Part shown: piece after piece, positions 1 to 14,149 of the stretch
How positions within the stretch are numbered: position 1 is the stretch's first letter
Layout of the letters: each line of letters begins with the position of its first letter
Assembly (NCBI RefSeq): GCF_006345805.1
Contig: NC_043004.1
Coordinates: 49,786,001 to 49,850,000, forward strand
DNA: 64,000 nt
Reading direction: 5' to 3'
Source of the DNA: Octopus sinensis
Lineage: Eukaryota
Program-made: the position numbers and the translations under genes
The notes under the pieces: generated by a model
What the model was told of the DNA's origin: nothing
The model's input: the letters and a program-made list of their open reading frames with translations, nothing else
Database searches by the model: none

Positions 1-339
1 ACAAATTCTGTAAGAGGAGCAAAGTTTAAAGAGATATATCAAGAAGAAACCCGGCTGAAAGTACATTTAAAAGTGAATAAGGAGAAAGATGACGTAACGC
101 AAAGAAAAGATTGTGTTCTAAGTCTTTAAAAGACAGGTTAAAAGAAAACCACTCACTGATGTAAGGGACAGCATTGTGATTATTGAGCGAGGAAAATCTT
201 ACTGTAGCGTCTGACTGCTTTTCGAGACTAAAGACGAAGCTAAATGGTAGGCTGAAATAGTAAAATTCATCCTCGCTCTTGAATTATACCACAATAGATG
301 GGTCAACGTAACACAAGAATGACTGCTAGTGACATTGCT

Positions 340-600
340 AGTGACTAGTAGACCTCTGGTAAGTGAAAGGGCGAAGGAGAGGGGCTTTCTCCGTCCGGGT
401 TGCGGATCCGTGGAATAAGCTGCCGGACGAGATAGTGAAAATGCCGACGACCGCTCGGTTCAAAGTCTCTCTTGACCGGAAATGGCCTGAGCTCTTTGTA
501 TGACCCTCCTTCCTGTACATAACTCCCTGTCCCCCTACATGGCCTTGGTTTTGCTTTTTGAGTCAATAAAAAAAATAAAATAAAATTATATACATGTGCT
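340..600 (+). mobile_element. CR1/L2-group LINE 3' end fragment
   Basis: Plus frame RRGAFSVRVADPWNKLPDEIVKMPTTARFKVSLDRKWPELFV* matches the typical CR1 ORF2 C-terminus (FSxRVxxxWNxLP...FKxxLD); followed by an A-rich tail. Confidence 0.75.
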
Positions 601-1834
601 CAGAGATGGATTGATCAGCGTGGACTTTCAAATCTTTATGACCTGTCGTGAGTGAAAAAAACCCCAAAATACGGCCAATGGGATTAGATGTACAAAACAG
701 GTGAAGCTGTTATACTTGTGCCACGTGAGGTTTCTCAGCCAGAGGAAGCTGCAATACCAAAGAAAAAGTGAGTAAAATCAGCATCAACGATAAAAGCAGG
801 CACCGAGTGCTGCTGACCCACTGCTCCACTAGTTGCACCACCTGTTACAGCATCCGAGGATGGCTGGAACGATTGTCACGTGCTCAGTCTTAAAAATCGA
901 TGAACACGAGGCAGTCAACCAGAGACTAAAGTCCTCTTCCCAACACATATATATGTGACGAGTAGGCGGAGATGAAATAAAACCAGAACGATACACTTCC
1001 AGTAAGAACAACTTGTAAATAAATAAATAAATAAATAAAATAAATTAAATTAAATTTAGAAGAAAGTAACTAAAAATTTCAAGTCGCAGCCAAACGAAAC
1101 TGTTATGGTTATCATAGTATCGCATAGAAAATTGAGAGATTAAATGAATTACAAGACATTCTGTGTGTAAATACGCAAAAAGAAAAAAAAAATCGAATCA
1201 CTCTATGTAGAGCGTGTCAAAGATAAGCTGCTTATGAATATAATTTTCCATGTTCATAAAATACTATATTCGAACTTTGAGGGGAGGGAGCTAGCTTGAT
1301 ACCATCAACTCTAGTATTGAACAGGTCTTTTATTTTATCAACCTGGGAAAGATGAAAGGATTTGAACTCAGAATGTAAAATATAGCAGAGGCCAACTTTG
1401 CATTTCATCCCTCAGGTGTCGATAAAATAAGTCACCAGTCAAGTAATTGAGTCGATATTAGCAACTAGCCCCACCCTTCCAAATTACTGGTCTTGTTCCT
1501 AAATTAGAAGCCATTTGTATTTTTGCTGGTGTTTACAACGAGTAAGATGTATTATTTGTACTGTCGTTATTGGTTAGTCTTTTCATTTCACTTTTTTCCA
1601 CGAATTTTCATGGTCAAAGTAATATATTTGGATCTTTACCTTTTGACCGGCAGATTTAGAAAAAAAAGCTAAAAGCAGTAGAAATGCACGAACGCTTATG
1701 GTGGTGCCATGAAGTAAACATGCTTCAGATACACTCGTTTATTCATACAAACATAACTGAGATGAAATATGTCATAAATAACAGTGACAAACGAAATATA
1801 CATCACCGATAGTTGTTGTTGACAAACAATCTGC

Positions 1835-2270
1835 TCTTTTCCCTGTTTCAAAGTGAGCACCGCACACTTTGAGATCCTGAATTGCATTCCTATATCCTTG
1901 CTGCATATCTGTACAGACTTGACCAGTCTCTCCAATCTAGCCTCTCTTTCTGAAAACAGTTTTAAATCATTCATGAAGAGAAGGTAGTTGAAACGAGGTC
2001 CATTCTTCTTCAGCTTGTCGTGCGCGTTGACTTTGCGGAGAACTACAGAAAATGAGATCAAGGCTACAATAAATAGTATTGGTGAACATGAATATCCCAG
2101 GAAGCTATCTCTTTTGATTGTTACCTCGACTAAGTGCTGGTTGTTACAGAAAAGACGTATTTTCCATCTAAGCTTGCTGTTTTTGATCAGTGCACGCACA
2201 TTCTCTGAATCCATGAATGCGGTCACATGTCATAAGCTTTTTTAAAGTCTATCCAGGTCATGTGCAAGTT
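1835..2270 (-). mobile_element. R4/Dong-like non-LTR retrotransposon RT fragment
   Basis: VTIKRDSFLGYSCSPILFIVAL...FNYLLFMNDLKLF...IGMQFRISKCAVL; clearly homologous to the copy at 39.2-41.3 kb. Confidence 0.85.
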
Positions 2271-2969
2271 GTTGTTGTTGCTGCTGCGTAAGTTTGGCTA
2301 CTATTCATATTGTTATACATTGTTTTCCATTGTTATTGTTACTTAGTTAAACAAATCAGGACCTTAGAGAACTGATTAGTTTTTCCCATTTGTAGCCCTT
2401 ATTTTGGGATTTGTTTGGGTTACAACACCCCCTGTTTTATTCGCTAAATTCAAAGATAGCGAACAAAAACCGCCCGTCCGCTGAAAAGGACAGTGGGTTA
2501 TCGGCAAGATAGAACGGCCAAGTTGAACAAAACAGCGACTGCTATAGCAACAACAAGGACAACAACAACAACAGCAACAACAACAACAACAACAGTGCAT
2601 GTGGAACGTATGAGACTGAATTCCCCTTGCTTCTTTCCTCTCCTTTACCACCGCAGAAACAAGAGAAGGAAATTACAAACATCAACAGCATAAGCGAAAA
2701 CACCGCCATATCCACCGCTACCACCAGTGCCAGCAGCAACAGTAGTAGTAGTGGTAGCAACATCAACAATATGAGAGACAGCAAAGGCAACAGCAGCGAT
2801 AGCAACAGCAGCGATGGCAACAACAACGATAGCAAAGGTTTCAAAAACACCAACAACACTAATCAAAACAATGACAACAACAGCCGTAGCAGCAACAAAA
2901 ACAACAACAACAACGATACCAATATTACCACCAACAACAAGAACACTTTCGCAGCAGCAGCAGCAGCCA

Positions 2970-4113
2970 AAATTAGACCACGATTCAGCCTAGACCTCAC
3001 AAACAGCGGTGAAAAGTTGGCCGAAGCCTAGAAAATCATCAAACATAGGCAAACCTGGGCCAACCTAACGATTTCAGCAGAAACGATCGAAGCAGTGGAG
3101 AGAAGGATGGTACACTTCAGATGCATCTCAGCAAGGACGAAGAAAGTGGTTTTAATAGCACAAACAGATATTAAGCTGCTCTGAGATGTCTTAGGGATGA
3201 CACCGAGTACATTGCGAGGGGTAGACAATACGGCGCCATTTCGGTGATTTTAAAGTCAGAAGACCTCGCTATGAAGCACTCAATGACCTTTGCAAAACCA
3301 GGAAGGTCATTATGTACCTCTCACATGTGCGAAAAATAACAGTCCGTGTCTGCATTCCCAGGATTCCATCAGGACTTGATATGTGGTGGCTTCTGAGATG
3401 CGTAATCGAGCAAGGATCAGATACCGTCCCAATAGAGGTAACAAAAATTGTCAGGGAGGACTGGCCCGGGGTTGACCTGGAGATACTTCTCCAGCTCAGG
3501 CCAGAAAACGTAAAAAGAATCTCGAACTACATCCGTCTCCAAAATAGGACGGTAATACACATAATGACTGAGGGCAGAAGACCACATTGTTTCGTTTGTG
3601 GAAAAACAACTCATTTGCGAGCCTTTGGCCCTCAGCTGATAAAAGGTGCAAGGGGTCGAAGGTCCCCACTGCTGCCAACGCCGAGGCGAAGACTACAACC
3701 AGCACCGGACAAAACCACCAGCAACAATAAACGAAACACCACAAAAGACATTAACCACCCTAGGGGAAAACGAGGAAAGCTCTCCCACTTCTCCCTCCCC
3801 CAAATATACACATGAATAAAAATATAAACATACACACAGATAGACACACTTAAAGCCACACACCCTTCATCTTCCAGTAGTGAATATGAAGGAACCCCCC
3901 CCCCACTAAAAGAAAACAAAATAAAAGCTCAAAAAAACATAACAGGCGCAGGAGTGGCTGTGTGGTAAGTAGCTTGCTAACCAACCACATGGCTCCGGGT
4001 TCAGTCCCACTGCATGGCACCTTGGGCAAGTGTCTTCTGCTATAGCCCCGGGCCGACTAATGCCTTGTGAGTGGATTTGGTGGACGGAAACTGAAAGAAG
4101 CCTGTCGTATATG

Positions 4114-4144
<31 letters not shown>

Positions 4145-7100
4145 TTGTCCCCCTAGCATTGCTTGACAACCGATGCTGGTGTGTTTACGTCCCCGTCACT
4201 TAGCGGTTCGGCAAAAGAGACCGATAGAATAAGTACTGGGCTTACAAAGAATAAGCCCCGGGGTCTATTTGCTCGACTAAAGGCGGTGCTCCAGCATGAC
4301 CGCAGTCAAATGACTGAAACAAGTAAAAGAGTAAAAGAGTAAAAGAGTAACACCCACAATAAAGAAAAATACAGACGCCACCCACACAAATATCTCCCCA
4401 ATGACATCAATACCAACGCAACCGACACCAGCACCATCACCAAAATTCTCCAAACGCAACCAATCTAAACAGACAGGAGAACAAACACTCACACAAACAT
4501 CTAAAAATGCAGATGCCACACTCACAGTAAGCACAGACACAACTGAAACAACACCAACAAAACCATCACCCCCACAGTCAAACAAACAAATAAAACCACA
4601 CCAACAAAAAATACTCGACTTCGCACTTATCAGAAGGGCCAGCAAGGAATTGATGACCCTCGTAACACAAAGCACTGAAATTGAAACGCAGGGGGTGATT
4701 TTTGAATCGAGCACTTGGCACATTCCAGGAGATTTGCTTCTGGCACGAATGCCGCTCGATTCCTATGTATAAATTCAAGGGAGCTTTCCACGGGACGTGG
4801 GGACCCTGAACTGGAAACTCACGTCGAGGCTTTTAAAGGGGTTCCCAAACAAAACTCCACCAATTACAGAAGTCTAACCACCCGACTTTCATAACACACC
4901 GGGAAGTAAATAAACATTTCCTCTCTAGATTTAGCCTGCCAATATGGCCATATTAAGAGTAGAAAGCTTAAATGTTCGAGGCCTGGGGTCGCCCTGGAAG
5001 CAGGGGCGTCTGCTCAGCGACCTCAGTTCTTTATAATTGGACCGTTATTGCTGTCAGTGAGACCAGGTTTTTCAACACACGTGCACTAGCCTCAATTTCA
5101 TTTTCGACGACTATCAGATCTTTGCATCTGTTAGTAGGCCGGGAATGGGAGGTGAGGTGACAGGGCAGTTTAAGAAAGACCTGGATCTCGAGGTAAGGTC
5201 GATCTTCCAGATCCCGGACGGTAAAGCTGGTGGTCCTGGACGTGAACAATAACGAAGATGGTGTCTTTAGACTGGTGCGCTAAACGGCCGGATTTCAATC
5301 GGCTTCTGGAAGTCTTGCTGGGTACGTCTCACCCTTTACTGTTAGTGGGGGGACTGGAATTTTCTGGGAGTAGCTGATACAAGCATGGATTGCAAAAGCC
5401 TCAAGCACTTGATCAGCCAGTTCCAACTGTCTGACAGGTACCGACGAAATTTCCCTAATGAGCCAGTGTGGACCTGGATCAATCGCATAGGGTCATCTAA
5501 ATCGTATATAGACAGGATTTTCACAAGGAAAGTAGACAGTAATAGTGTAGGACGTTCACTTTTCAAAACGGTCGCCTATTCAGGTCCCAAGTTTGTAATC
5601 TGTACGGTCGACCTAGATAAGATGCGTAGAGTAGGACCCAGGTACTGGAGGCTGAACATGTCGTTTCCGGCACGTAAGTTCACAGGGAGGTCTTCAACAA
5701 CAGATGGTAGACGGCTCTGAAAAGAGAGATTAGTGTAATATTGATAGGGTTTAGTAAAGAAGTAGCATTAAAAAATATAGAAAGTAGGAGGAGCTAGTGG
5801 CTACGTTAGACGAGACTATTTGTAGTGGCATTGCAACCGACGTGCCAGTAGTGACAATGGCGTTAGACCAGTTCTTCAGTGTGAAACATGAAGGTTGCAT
5901 TGTCAGAGCTAAGGCACGTGCTCTGAGAAACGAAGGGACCATAGCTGTTCGATGGGCCCGCGTGGAGGAGGCGCAGCATGGTAACAAAACCACAATCTGG
6001 TCTTTGACGAACCGAGACGAATACGAGCTGAGCGATTCCAGGCAGATGTGTGAGGCCTTTCGCCAGCACTTTGCTCAGTTGTTCGGGGTGAGTGTCGGGT
6101 CAGAGACGGTATCGGACTTCAGTCCCTACCTAGACGGCTTGCCGTGTCTCTCGACGGCCGACGTTGAGCGCCGCCAAAAGCCGATAACTTCAGCCAAAAT
6201 TCAGGATGCCTTTGTCGGCTGCATGAGGGGCAAGTCACCTGGTTTCAATGGTCTGCCCTACGAGCTTTACGTCAATAAGCCAGACTTGTTCTCCAATCTC
6301 TTCGAAGTACTCTTCTACAATTGGCAGCAGAACGGGACAATTCCCAGTTCTGTGATCTGAGGTGTAGTGACGCTGATAAGGAAAGGCGAAGACAAGAAGA
6401 ACATTCTAGGTACATCAAGCCCATAAATTTGCTCAGCACAGAGTTTAAGATTTTGGCCAAGTTATTAGCGAAGAGGTTTGCGGTTGTCGTCGAGGATTTG
6501 GTTGGGGAGGCGCAAACCTGCGGAATCCCGACCAGGTTCATACATGACAACTCCAACCTCATGCAATATATCATATAATGGGTAGGGTGTAAATTCGACT
6601 TCGGTGGGGTTCTGGTCAATTTAGATCAATTAAAAGCATTCGATAAGATCGTCCATCGGTACCCGGAGGCTGTCCTCAAGATAGCTGGCTTCCACTCCAT
6701 CTTCAGAGGTTGGATCGCGGCAATGCACAGTGGCATCTGCTTGGTGGTCATAGTTAATGGCCACCTCTCGGGACCGTTTCAGACCTGCCGATCGGTCCGT
6801 CAAGGGTGCCCTCTCTCCCCACTTCTGTACATATTGGTTCTTGAGCATTTAATGCGAAAGCTGGAGCTGCTGCAGGGAATCCTACTCGCATCGGGATGCG
6901 GAAGGACTGTGTCGGCTGAAGCAAACGACATCACGGTGATGGTGTCGAACATCTCAGAAATCGGTACATCACTGGAGGAATATGAAAAGTTTACTGGAGC
7001 AAAATTTAAGCCGGAGAAGTAGTTGGGCTTGCAGCTTGCCACCTGGAGAGGCAAGCTCACGCCGTCCAACAGCGTTGTTGGTCGCTGGATGGACGGACCG

Positions 7101-8460
7101 GTACAGTTGCTTGGGTTTGGTTCGGACCAGACCTCCAGGTGGATAAGAATTGCGACGACGTGACGAACAGACTAGTCAGTCTCACCGAGAAATGGGCTGC
7201 GAGGAAGCTGTCACTGGAAGGTCGGCCGGAGGTGGCGAATGCGTACATCGTGTCGGTCATCTACTACCGCTTGACCATCGTGCCTTGCCCTCGTTCGCGT
7301 CTCGCCAAGTTGGAACGCCTCCTCTTCAAATTCTTATAGTGGGGAAGGTTCCATTGGTGAGGCGGTCAATCTGCTGCCAGTACCCTCTACTTGGAGGGTT
7401 GGGTATGCCGTGGCTAATGATATGTAGACATGCTCTGAGGCTGTGCCATCTCCAGATATTCTGCCTAAACGGTGAACAAGTGTGGTCGCCGTTTGTCAAA
7501 CACGCATTTCTCCAGCTCGTTTCCTTGACTGAGTTACAGTCCTGGGTCAAGAAGAGACCCAGACAGGGTTAGTGGCATCTGGAATGTTGCAAGGCACTCA
7601 CTGCCCTCTATCAAGTGGGAAAATCGGTCAGTGAAACATCCACTCTTGTGTTCTAGAGAGGGTTAGTGGTGGGTAGGTGCAATGATGCACTCTGAGAGGC
7701 GCTAGGCATCAGCGAAGTCGAACTGAGCAGTCTGTTCTGGAGGACTTTCGAGCCTGGGACGACGGATAACTTCCATAAGTCCCTCACTTGGCAGTGCTAC
7801 CGGGGGGTACTGTCGGTTCGAGATAAAGTCTACAGGCACGGAAGTGCTGTTAGACGGGCCTCCCCGAGATGCACGCTGAGCGACGAAACTGTTCTGCACG
7901 CACTCGTCCAGTATCCATGCATTACTACCTTGTGAAGTTATGCCGAACAGTTGTTACGTGTTGGACGGATCAGGCTATTGGCTGAGTTCATAGTGAAGAT
8001 TGGCCCGCTGGCTTTCTTTGGCCAGGAAGGACAGGCAATTTCCCTCTATCTGGTAGCAGTAGCGAAAGAGGTTGCATGGTGGACTAGGTTGAAAGGACTG
8101 AAGTCAGACATTTTTTTCTTCGGTTAATCCCGCATCAACATTTTCAAATTTCACTTGGAAAGGAAGATGAGGATGGAGAGAAAAGTGCTTCCCCCCACCC
8201 CAGTACATCACTGAAAGGTGGGTGAATGTAGCGAAAATAGTCCGTGAGCCTGTAGGCTGGTGAATTTCAGGAGGAGAAGTGTACCCCTTTCCGAGTACCC
8301 TCGAAGCGTCGGGTGATTCACGATTGATGGAGTGCCTGAGTCATACCCCCTATTAGGGAAATCTCATTATTATATTTTTCTTGTTTAATGTTATTCCTAA
8401 TTGTTTACTAGTTGTTTTGAGTAAAACCCCACTATTTTCCTTATATGTCGGCCCTAGTAA
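2970..8460 (+). mobile_element. Near full-length degenerate L1/Tx1-type LINE (ORF1, APE-RT ORF2)
   Basis: ORF1 remnants include a zinc-knuckle relic (CFVCGKTTHL). ORF2 starts at ATG 4944 (MAILRVESLNVRG) with endonuclease motifs (GDWN, SYIDRIF, YWRLN), RT motifs (KSPGFNG, KPINLL, KAFD, VRQGCPLSPLLY, YADD degenerated to EAND) and a C-terminal CPRC...ETVLHAL. Many stops and frameshifts; a SINE is inserted at 3944-4350. Confidence 0.9.
3944..4350 (+). mobile_element. SINE family A (tRNA-like head, internal (TA)n(TG)n, (GTAAAAGA)n tail)
   Basis: Near-identical copies at 9761, 49213 and 59533; A/B-box-like head; accttgggcaagtgtctt core. Confidence 0.9.
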
Positions 8461-8464
8461 CCAA

Positions 8465-8508
8465 TAATTGAAATAATTATAATAATAGTAATAATAATAA
8501 TAATAATG

Positions 8509-8541
<33 letters not shown>

Positions 8542-8614
8542 TATTAATAATAATAATAATTATATTATTAATAATAATAATAATATTAATAATAATAATA
8601 ATAATAATTATATT

Positions 8615-8654
<40 letters not shown>

Positions 8655-8698
8655 TTAATAATAATAATAATTAATAATAATAATAATATAATAATAAT

Positions 8699-8741
<43 letters not shown>

Positions 8742-8898
8742 TTAATAATAATAATTATATTATTAATAATAATAATATATTAATAATAATAATAATAATA
8801 ATTATATTATTAATAATAATAATAATATTAATAATAATAATAATAATAATATTAATAACAATATTAATAATAATATTAATAATAATAATAATAATAAT

Positions 8899-8939
<41 letters not shown>

Positions 8940-8960
8940 TAATAATAGTAACAATAATAA
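8465..8960. repeat. ~500-bp interrupted (AAT)n microsatellite
   Basis: Direct reading; recurrent attatatt interruptions. Confidence 0.97.
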
Positions 8961-9515
8961 ATGCCCCGATGCAGTATCAGGCAGTGGCTCTCATGACTTC
9001 TGATTTTAACTGATTGAAAGTGTTATCATGTACATTGCTTTGTCTTGGTATAAAAGATGGGCTACAGCAAATTTTCTGCTCAATACCACAGATTTGCTTG
9101 TCAGTTGCTTGACCATAACCAGTTGAGTATGTCCCTTAGTGGCTGACGATATGTGCATCTCTGATAACGAGCAGAAGTAGTGGGGGAGCATCATAGCTAT
9201 GTGCTGAGAGGGATTCTTTGGAGTTTGAATAATTCACCTCTGGAAACATGGGTGTTTCGTTCTACATCCTTAAACAACCCTTATTCAGGGACCTTTGAGC
9301 AGGATGGGTTACTCGACCAGAAGAAAATTCTAACTGGACCCCACCTGCAAGGTCATGTGCTGTTTATCTTGATATGAGATCACCATGTCGCGCACATATG
9401 GTTGTGGTGCATGTGCCTAGTGTACCTTTATCAGACAGGGTATCATGATGGGTATACTGGGTTTCGTATATTTTACCCCAGTGTCACTTTGATGGCATCA
9501 TTCACTGCTCTCTCA
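8960..9515 (+). mobile_element. ~560-bp interspersed element family C in an (AAT)n tract
   Basis: Homologous end to end with 13388-13948 (inverted) and 27076-27686. Strand assignment is arbitrary. Confidence 0.85.
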
Positions 9516-9760
9516 ATCAATCAATCAATCATAATAATAATAATAATAATTATAATTATAATTATTATTATTATATTATTATTATTATTATTATTATTAT
9601 CATCTTTCATATTCAATGTTTGAAAAATCCATCAAGAATTTCATATCTTAAATCACTAATAAAGCATACCATAGAGAAAATATTTTAGAAGAGTTCAAAA
9701 CATAAGGATGTTCGGGATTAGAGAAAGTGTTTAGTGTTAACAAAATTCTTAGAGATTTAT

Positions 9761-9932
9761 AGGCGCAGGAGTGGCTGTGTGGTAAGTAGCTTGCTAACCA
9801 ACCACATGGTTCCGGGTTCAGTCTCACTCCGTGGCATCTTGGGCAAGTGTCTTCTGCTATAGCCCCGGGCCAACCAATGCCTTGTGAGTGGATTTGGTAG
9901 ACGGAAACTGAAAGAAGTCTGTCGTATATATG

Positions 9933-9978
<46 letters not shown>

Positions 9979-10180
9979 TGTGTCTGTGTTTGTCCCCCTA
10001 GCATTGCTTGACAACCGATGCTGGTGTGTTTACGTCCCTGTCACTTAGCGGTTCGGCAAAAGAGACCGATAGAATAAGTACTGGGCTTACAAAGAATAGT
10101 CCCGGGGTCGATTTGCTCGACTAAAGACGGTGCTCCAGCATGGCCGCAGTCAAATGACTGAAACAAGTAAAAAAAAAAAA
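9761..10180 (+). mobile_element. SINE family A
   Basis: Aligns along its full length with 3944-4350. Confidence 0.9.
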
Positions 10181-10725
10181 TTTGCAGTAGAGTCGTTCTA
10201 TCACATGCTCACGAACCATCTTCGACAAATGACCGCGGTTATTCATCGTCAATAATGACGAATGATTTCTTGCATTCAGTTCTTGATTCAGAATGATATC
10301 TGTTCCATCCATGTCGTTAACAGCCTTTATGTACCATTCGCTCCTTCCATCATATCTTTTTCTTTTCCCTCAGAAAGTAGGATAACATAGTTGTTTCCCT
10401 CGTTTCTCTTCGAGTTTAAAGGTAGGTAATGAACATCGTAAAGCATAAGATGGAAAATAGAATTTATTTGAAATGAAGCAATCTATACCATATGCTGTAT
10501 GCATGCATGCATGTAAAGGGCTCTTCCCATTACCTGGAGACATATTTCAATACTATATTTCTGCTAAATTAAAAAAAATATGTATATAATTGACGAAAAG
10601 TATAAGTTTACTGTATTAAAAGCGAAACTGAGGAGCAAATAGATCTGGTTATTCTTTAATACTGTTGTTGGTCGCATTATAATCAGACAGAAATTCACCA
10701 ATGAGCAAATCGATTTTTTCTAAGG

Positions 10726-10764
<39 letters not shown>

Positions 10765-11703
10765 ACACACACGCACACACACACACACACACACACATAC
10801 ACATACACACATTTGAGGCACTCTAAGCAACATTGAATGAAATTCTCCTTGCAGACAAAATGAGTGCAAACACCTGTGTTGTCCATAAAAAGAGTTTCTG
10901 CTCTCAAGACAACTTGCGTAGCATAGTCTTTCAATGTCCGACTGAACACGAACATTAACAAATATGACTGTTCATAACGACACATATATGTGTGTTACCC
11001 ACGCGTGTGTATTTATAATAAGAGACAAAAATAAGAAAATGTTTTGGGAACTTTATCATGACTAAAAGAAAGCATTTGCATTTTTATCAAAATATACTAC
11101 TCGTTTCATTCACTTGAAAAAAAAAAAACCCCATTTAGTCATTGTGAAATATAAGGCAAAATTATATTGGAATAAATCAAATTGAATTAAGCTTTTATGA
11201 TATCAGTCGTGGAAGTTTACATACTTTTGGTACAAAATTCACGTGGTGCTGTTATTTCGTCTAACCAGTAGACTTATTTTAATTACATATTTTCACTGTA
11301 AGTAAAAGCATAGGTCTGTGCCTCCTGGGTATGATTTATGTTTTATTTTAGCTTTATATTTTGTATCCAGTCTTCGGTGTATGCATGCCGTTATTCTTTT
11401 GCCGATCTGCGTGTTTAAAGGGACGCTTGTCAAGCAGGGTGTAGACATACGCAAATGCAGATACACAAACTCACACACAGGCGTGCGCGCACTCACACAC
11501 ATTACAGGCTTCCACATAGTTTCCATCTACTAAATTAATTTACAAGGCATTTATTACCCGCCCGGAACTCGGAACTATAGTTGAAAACACTTGCCTAAGA
11601 TACCGCGTCTTGGGACGGAAACCGTAACCAAATGGTTACGAAGCGAAATCTTTTAAAATGCACACAGCTGTGCGTTTATATATATATATATTATATATAT
11701 ATA

Positions 11704-11782
<79 letters not shown>

Positions 11783-12074
11783 ATGCGTGTGGTGATCTGC
11801 GAATGCAACCATCTGGTATGAAGTGCTTGTGTCTGCTATAATTATTCTGAAGACATTCAATTATCCTCTCTCCTGTCTACGATACACCATTCTTATCCTT
11901 GATATTCTGCTGTAGGGTTTTAGCAAGAAATTGGCAAGTGTCGACATTGAATGCGGTAGTATCACACCACTAACCACTCTTCTGACAAGTTTATTCCTTT
12001 TATAAAAAAATTACCTTTGACCATTTTATAATTATTGTAATTTAATATTTTGTATTTATATTGTCTTTGAGAAG

Positions 12075-12078
12075 AATA

Positions 12079-12160
<82 letters not shown>

Positions 12161-12393
12161 TAGTAGTAGTAGTAGTAGTAGTAGTAAAGTGGCGAGCTGG
12201 CAGAATCGTTAGTACACCAAGTAAAATGCTTAGCGGTATTTCGCCCGACTTTACATTCTGTGCTCAAATTACACCGAGGTGGACTTTGCTTTTCATCCTT
12301 TAGGGTCGATAAAATAGGTACCAAATATTATCGATTAACCCCCGCCCCCAAAATCGCTGGCCTTGTGCCAAATTGAAGTTATTATTATTATTA

Positions 12394-12430
<37 letters not shown>

Positions 12431-12444
12431 CATCATTATTATTA

Positions 12445-12517
<73 letters not shown>

Positions 12518-12533
12518 TATCATTATTATTATT

Positions 12534-12580
<47 letters not shown>

Positions 12581-12605
12581 TATTATTATTATTATTATTA
12601 TTATT
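12075..12605. repeat. Compound (AAT)/(ATT)/(GTA) and (ATT)/(ATC) microsatellites flanking a SINE B
   Basis: Direct reading. Confidence 0.95.
12189..12375 (+). mobile_element. SINE family B, tail type 2
   Basis: ggcgagctggcagaatcgttag head and tttcatcctttcggggtcgataa core; ends in (ATT)n. Confidence 0.8.
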
Positions 12606-12985
12606 TTATGTTTGACTTTTGCTTTACATTTGCACAAGTTGGCTCCAAGTCTCACCCAGAGACTTCAAGAGACAACAAGTTGAAAGTTCATGTTGGTGTT
12701 ATGCCTTGGGTGCCATATATTTGGTTTTGTACTTAGTGTTGTTCTAGAGAATGTTTAAGAAACCATAAGAAAATTATGTGTTTGTTTTAAAACTTGAGAT
12801 TACATGGGAAGTATTTTGCGTAGGATATGGGCAATTCCCATGAGCACTATTTTTTGAATTTCTGCCATTTTGAGGTTTCCTGGTATCTGAGCTAGATAAC
12901 AATCGGCCCCTTTTGCTATCATTCCCATGGCACCTATGACAACAGGTATTGTTTTAATCTTCAGGTTTCACATTTTGCTAATATT

Positions 12986-13051
<66 letters not shown>

Positions 13052-13089
13052 TATTATTATTATTATTACTGTTGTTGTTGTTGTTATTA

Positions 13090-13300
13090 AGGCGGCGAGC
13101 TGGCAGAATCCTTAGCACGCTGGACGAAATGCGTTGCGGTATTTCGCCCGTCACTATGTTCCATCCTAATTCCGTCGAGGTCGATTTTGCCTTTCATCCT
13201 TTCGGGGTCGATAAATTAAGTGTCAGTGAAGCACTGCGGTCGATGTAATCGATTTGTCGTCTCCCCACAAATTTCAGGTATTCTGTCTATTATAGAAAGG
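13090..13300 (+). mobile_element. SINE family B, tail type 2
   Basis: Same head and core; ends in (ATT)n. Confidence 0.8.
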
Positions 13301-13302
13301 AA

Positions 13303-13347
<45 letters not shown>

Positions 13348-13351
13348 CATC

Positions 13352-13383
<32 letters not shown>

Positions 13384-13387
13384 TATT

Positions 13388-13948
13388 GAGTGAGAGAGCA
13401 GTGCATGATGCCATCAAAGTGACACTGGGGTAAAATATACGAAACCCAATATACCCATCATGACTACCCGTCTGATAAGGCTATAATAGGCACATGCATC
13501 ACAACCATATGTGCGTGACATGGTGATCTCATATCAAGATAAACAGCACATGACCTTGCAGGTGGGGCCCAGTTAGAATTTTGCCCTGGTCGAGTAGCCC
13601 ATCCCGCTCAAAAGGTCTCTGAATAAGGGTTGTTTAAGGATGTAGAACGAAACACCCGTGTTTCCATAGTTGAATTATTCAAGCCCCAAAGAATCCCTCT
13701 CAACACATAGCTATGTTGCTCCCCCACTACTTCTGCTCGTGATCAGAGATGCACACATAGTCAGCCACTAAGGGACATGCTCAACTGGTTAAGGTCAAAC
13801 AACTGACAAGCAAATCTGTGGTATTGAGCAGAATATCTGCTGTAGCCCATCTTTTATACGAAGACAAAACAATGTACATGATAACACTTCCAATCAGTTA
13901 AAATCAGAAGTCATGAGAGCCACTGCCTGGTACTGCATCGGGGCATTT
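13388..13948 (-). mobile_element. Family C element
   Basis: Reverse complement of 8960-9515; (ATT)n on both sides. Confidence 0.85.
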
Positions 13949-13959
13949 ATTATTGTTAC

Positions 13960-13997
<38 letters not shown>

Positions 13998-14149
13998 TAT
14001 TATTATTATTAAGGCGATGAGCTGGCAGAACTGTTAGTACGCTCGTCGTCCTCAAATATTCTAACATCTCCAACTCCAAAATCACAACACTGAATAGTAT
14101 CTCTATACTTAACTATCACATTATTGATGAACTTAAAAGAGAAAATATA

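Noticed and set aside
1-330. Protein-like purine-rich stretch at the window start
   Set aside because: It has multiple stops and no motif I can assign with confidence; probably a decayed retroelement.
2627-3031. 134-aa N/S-rich ORF
   Set aside because: It is a degenerate (CAA/CAG)n tract running into the L1 ORF1 remnant.
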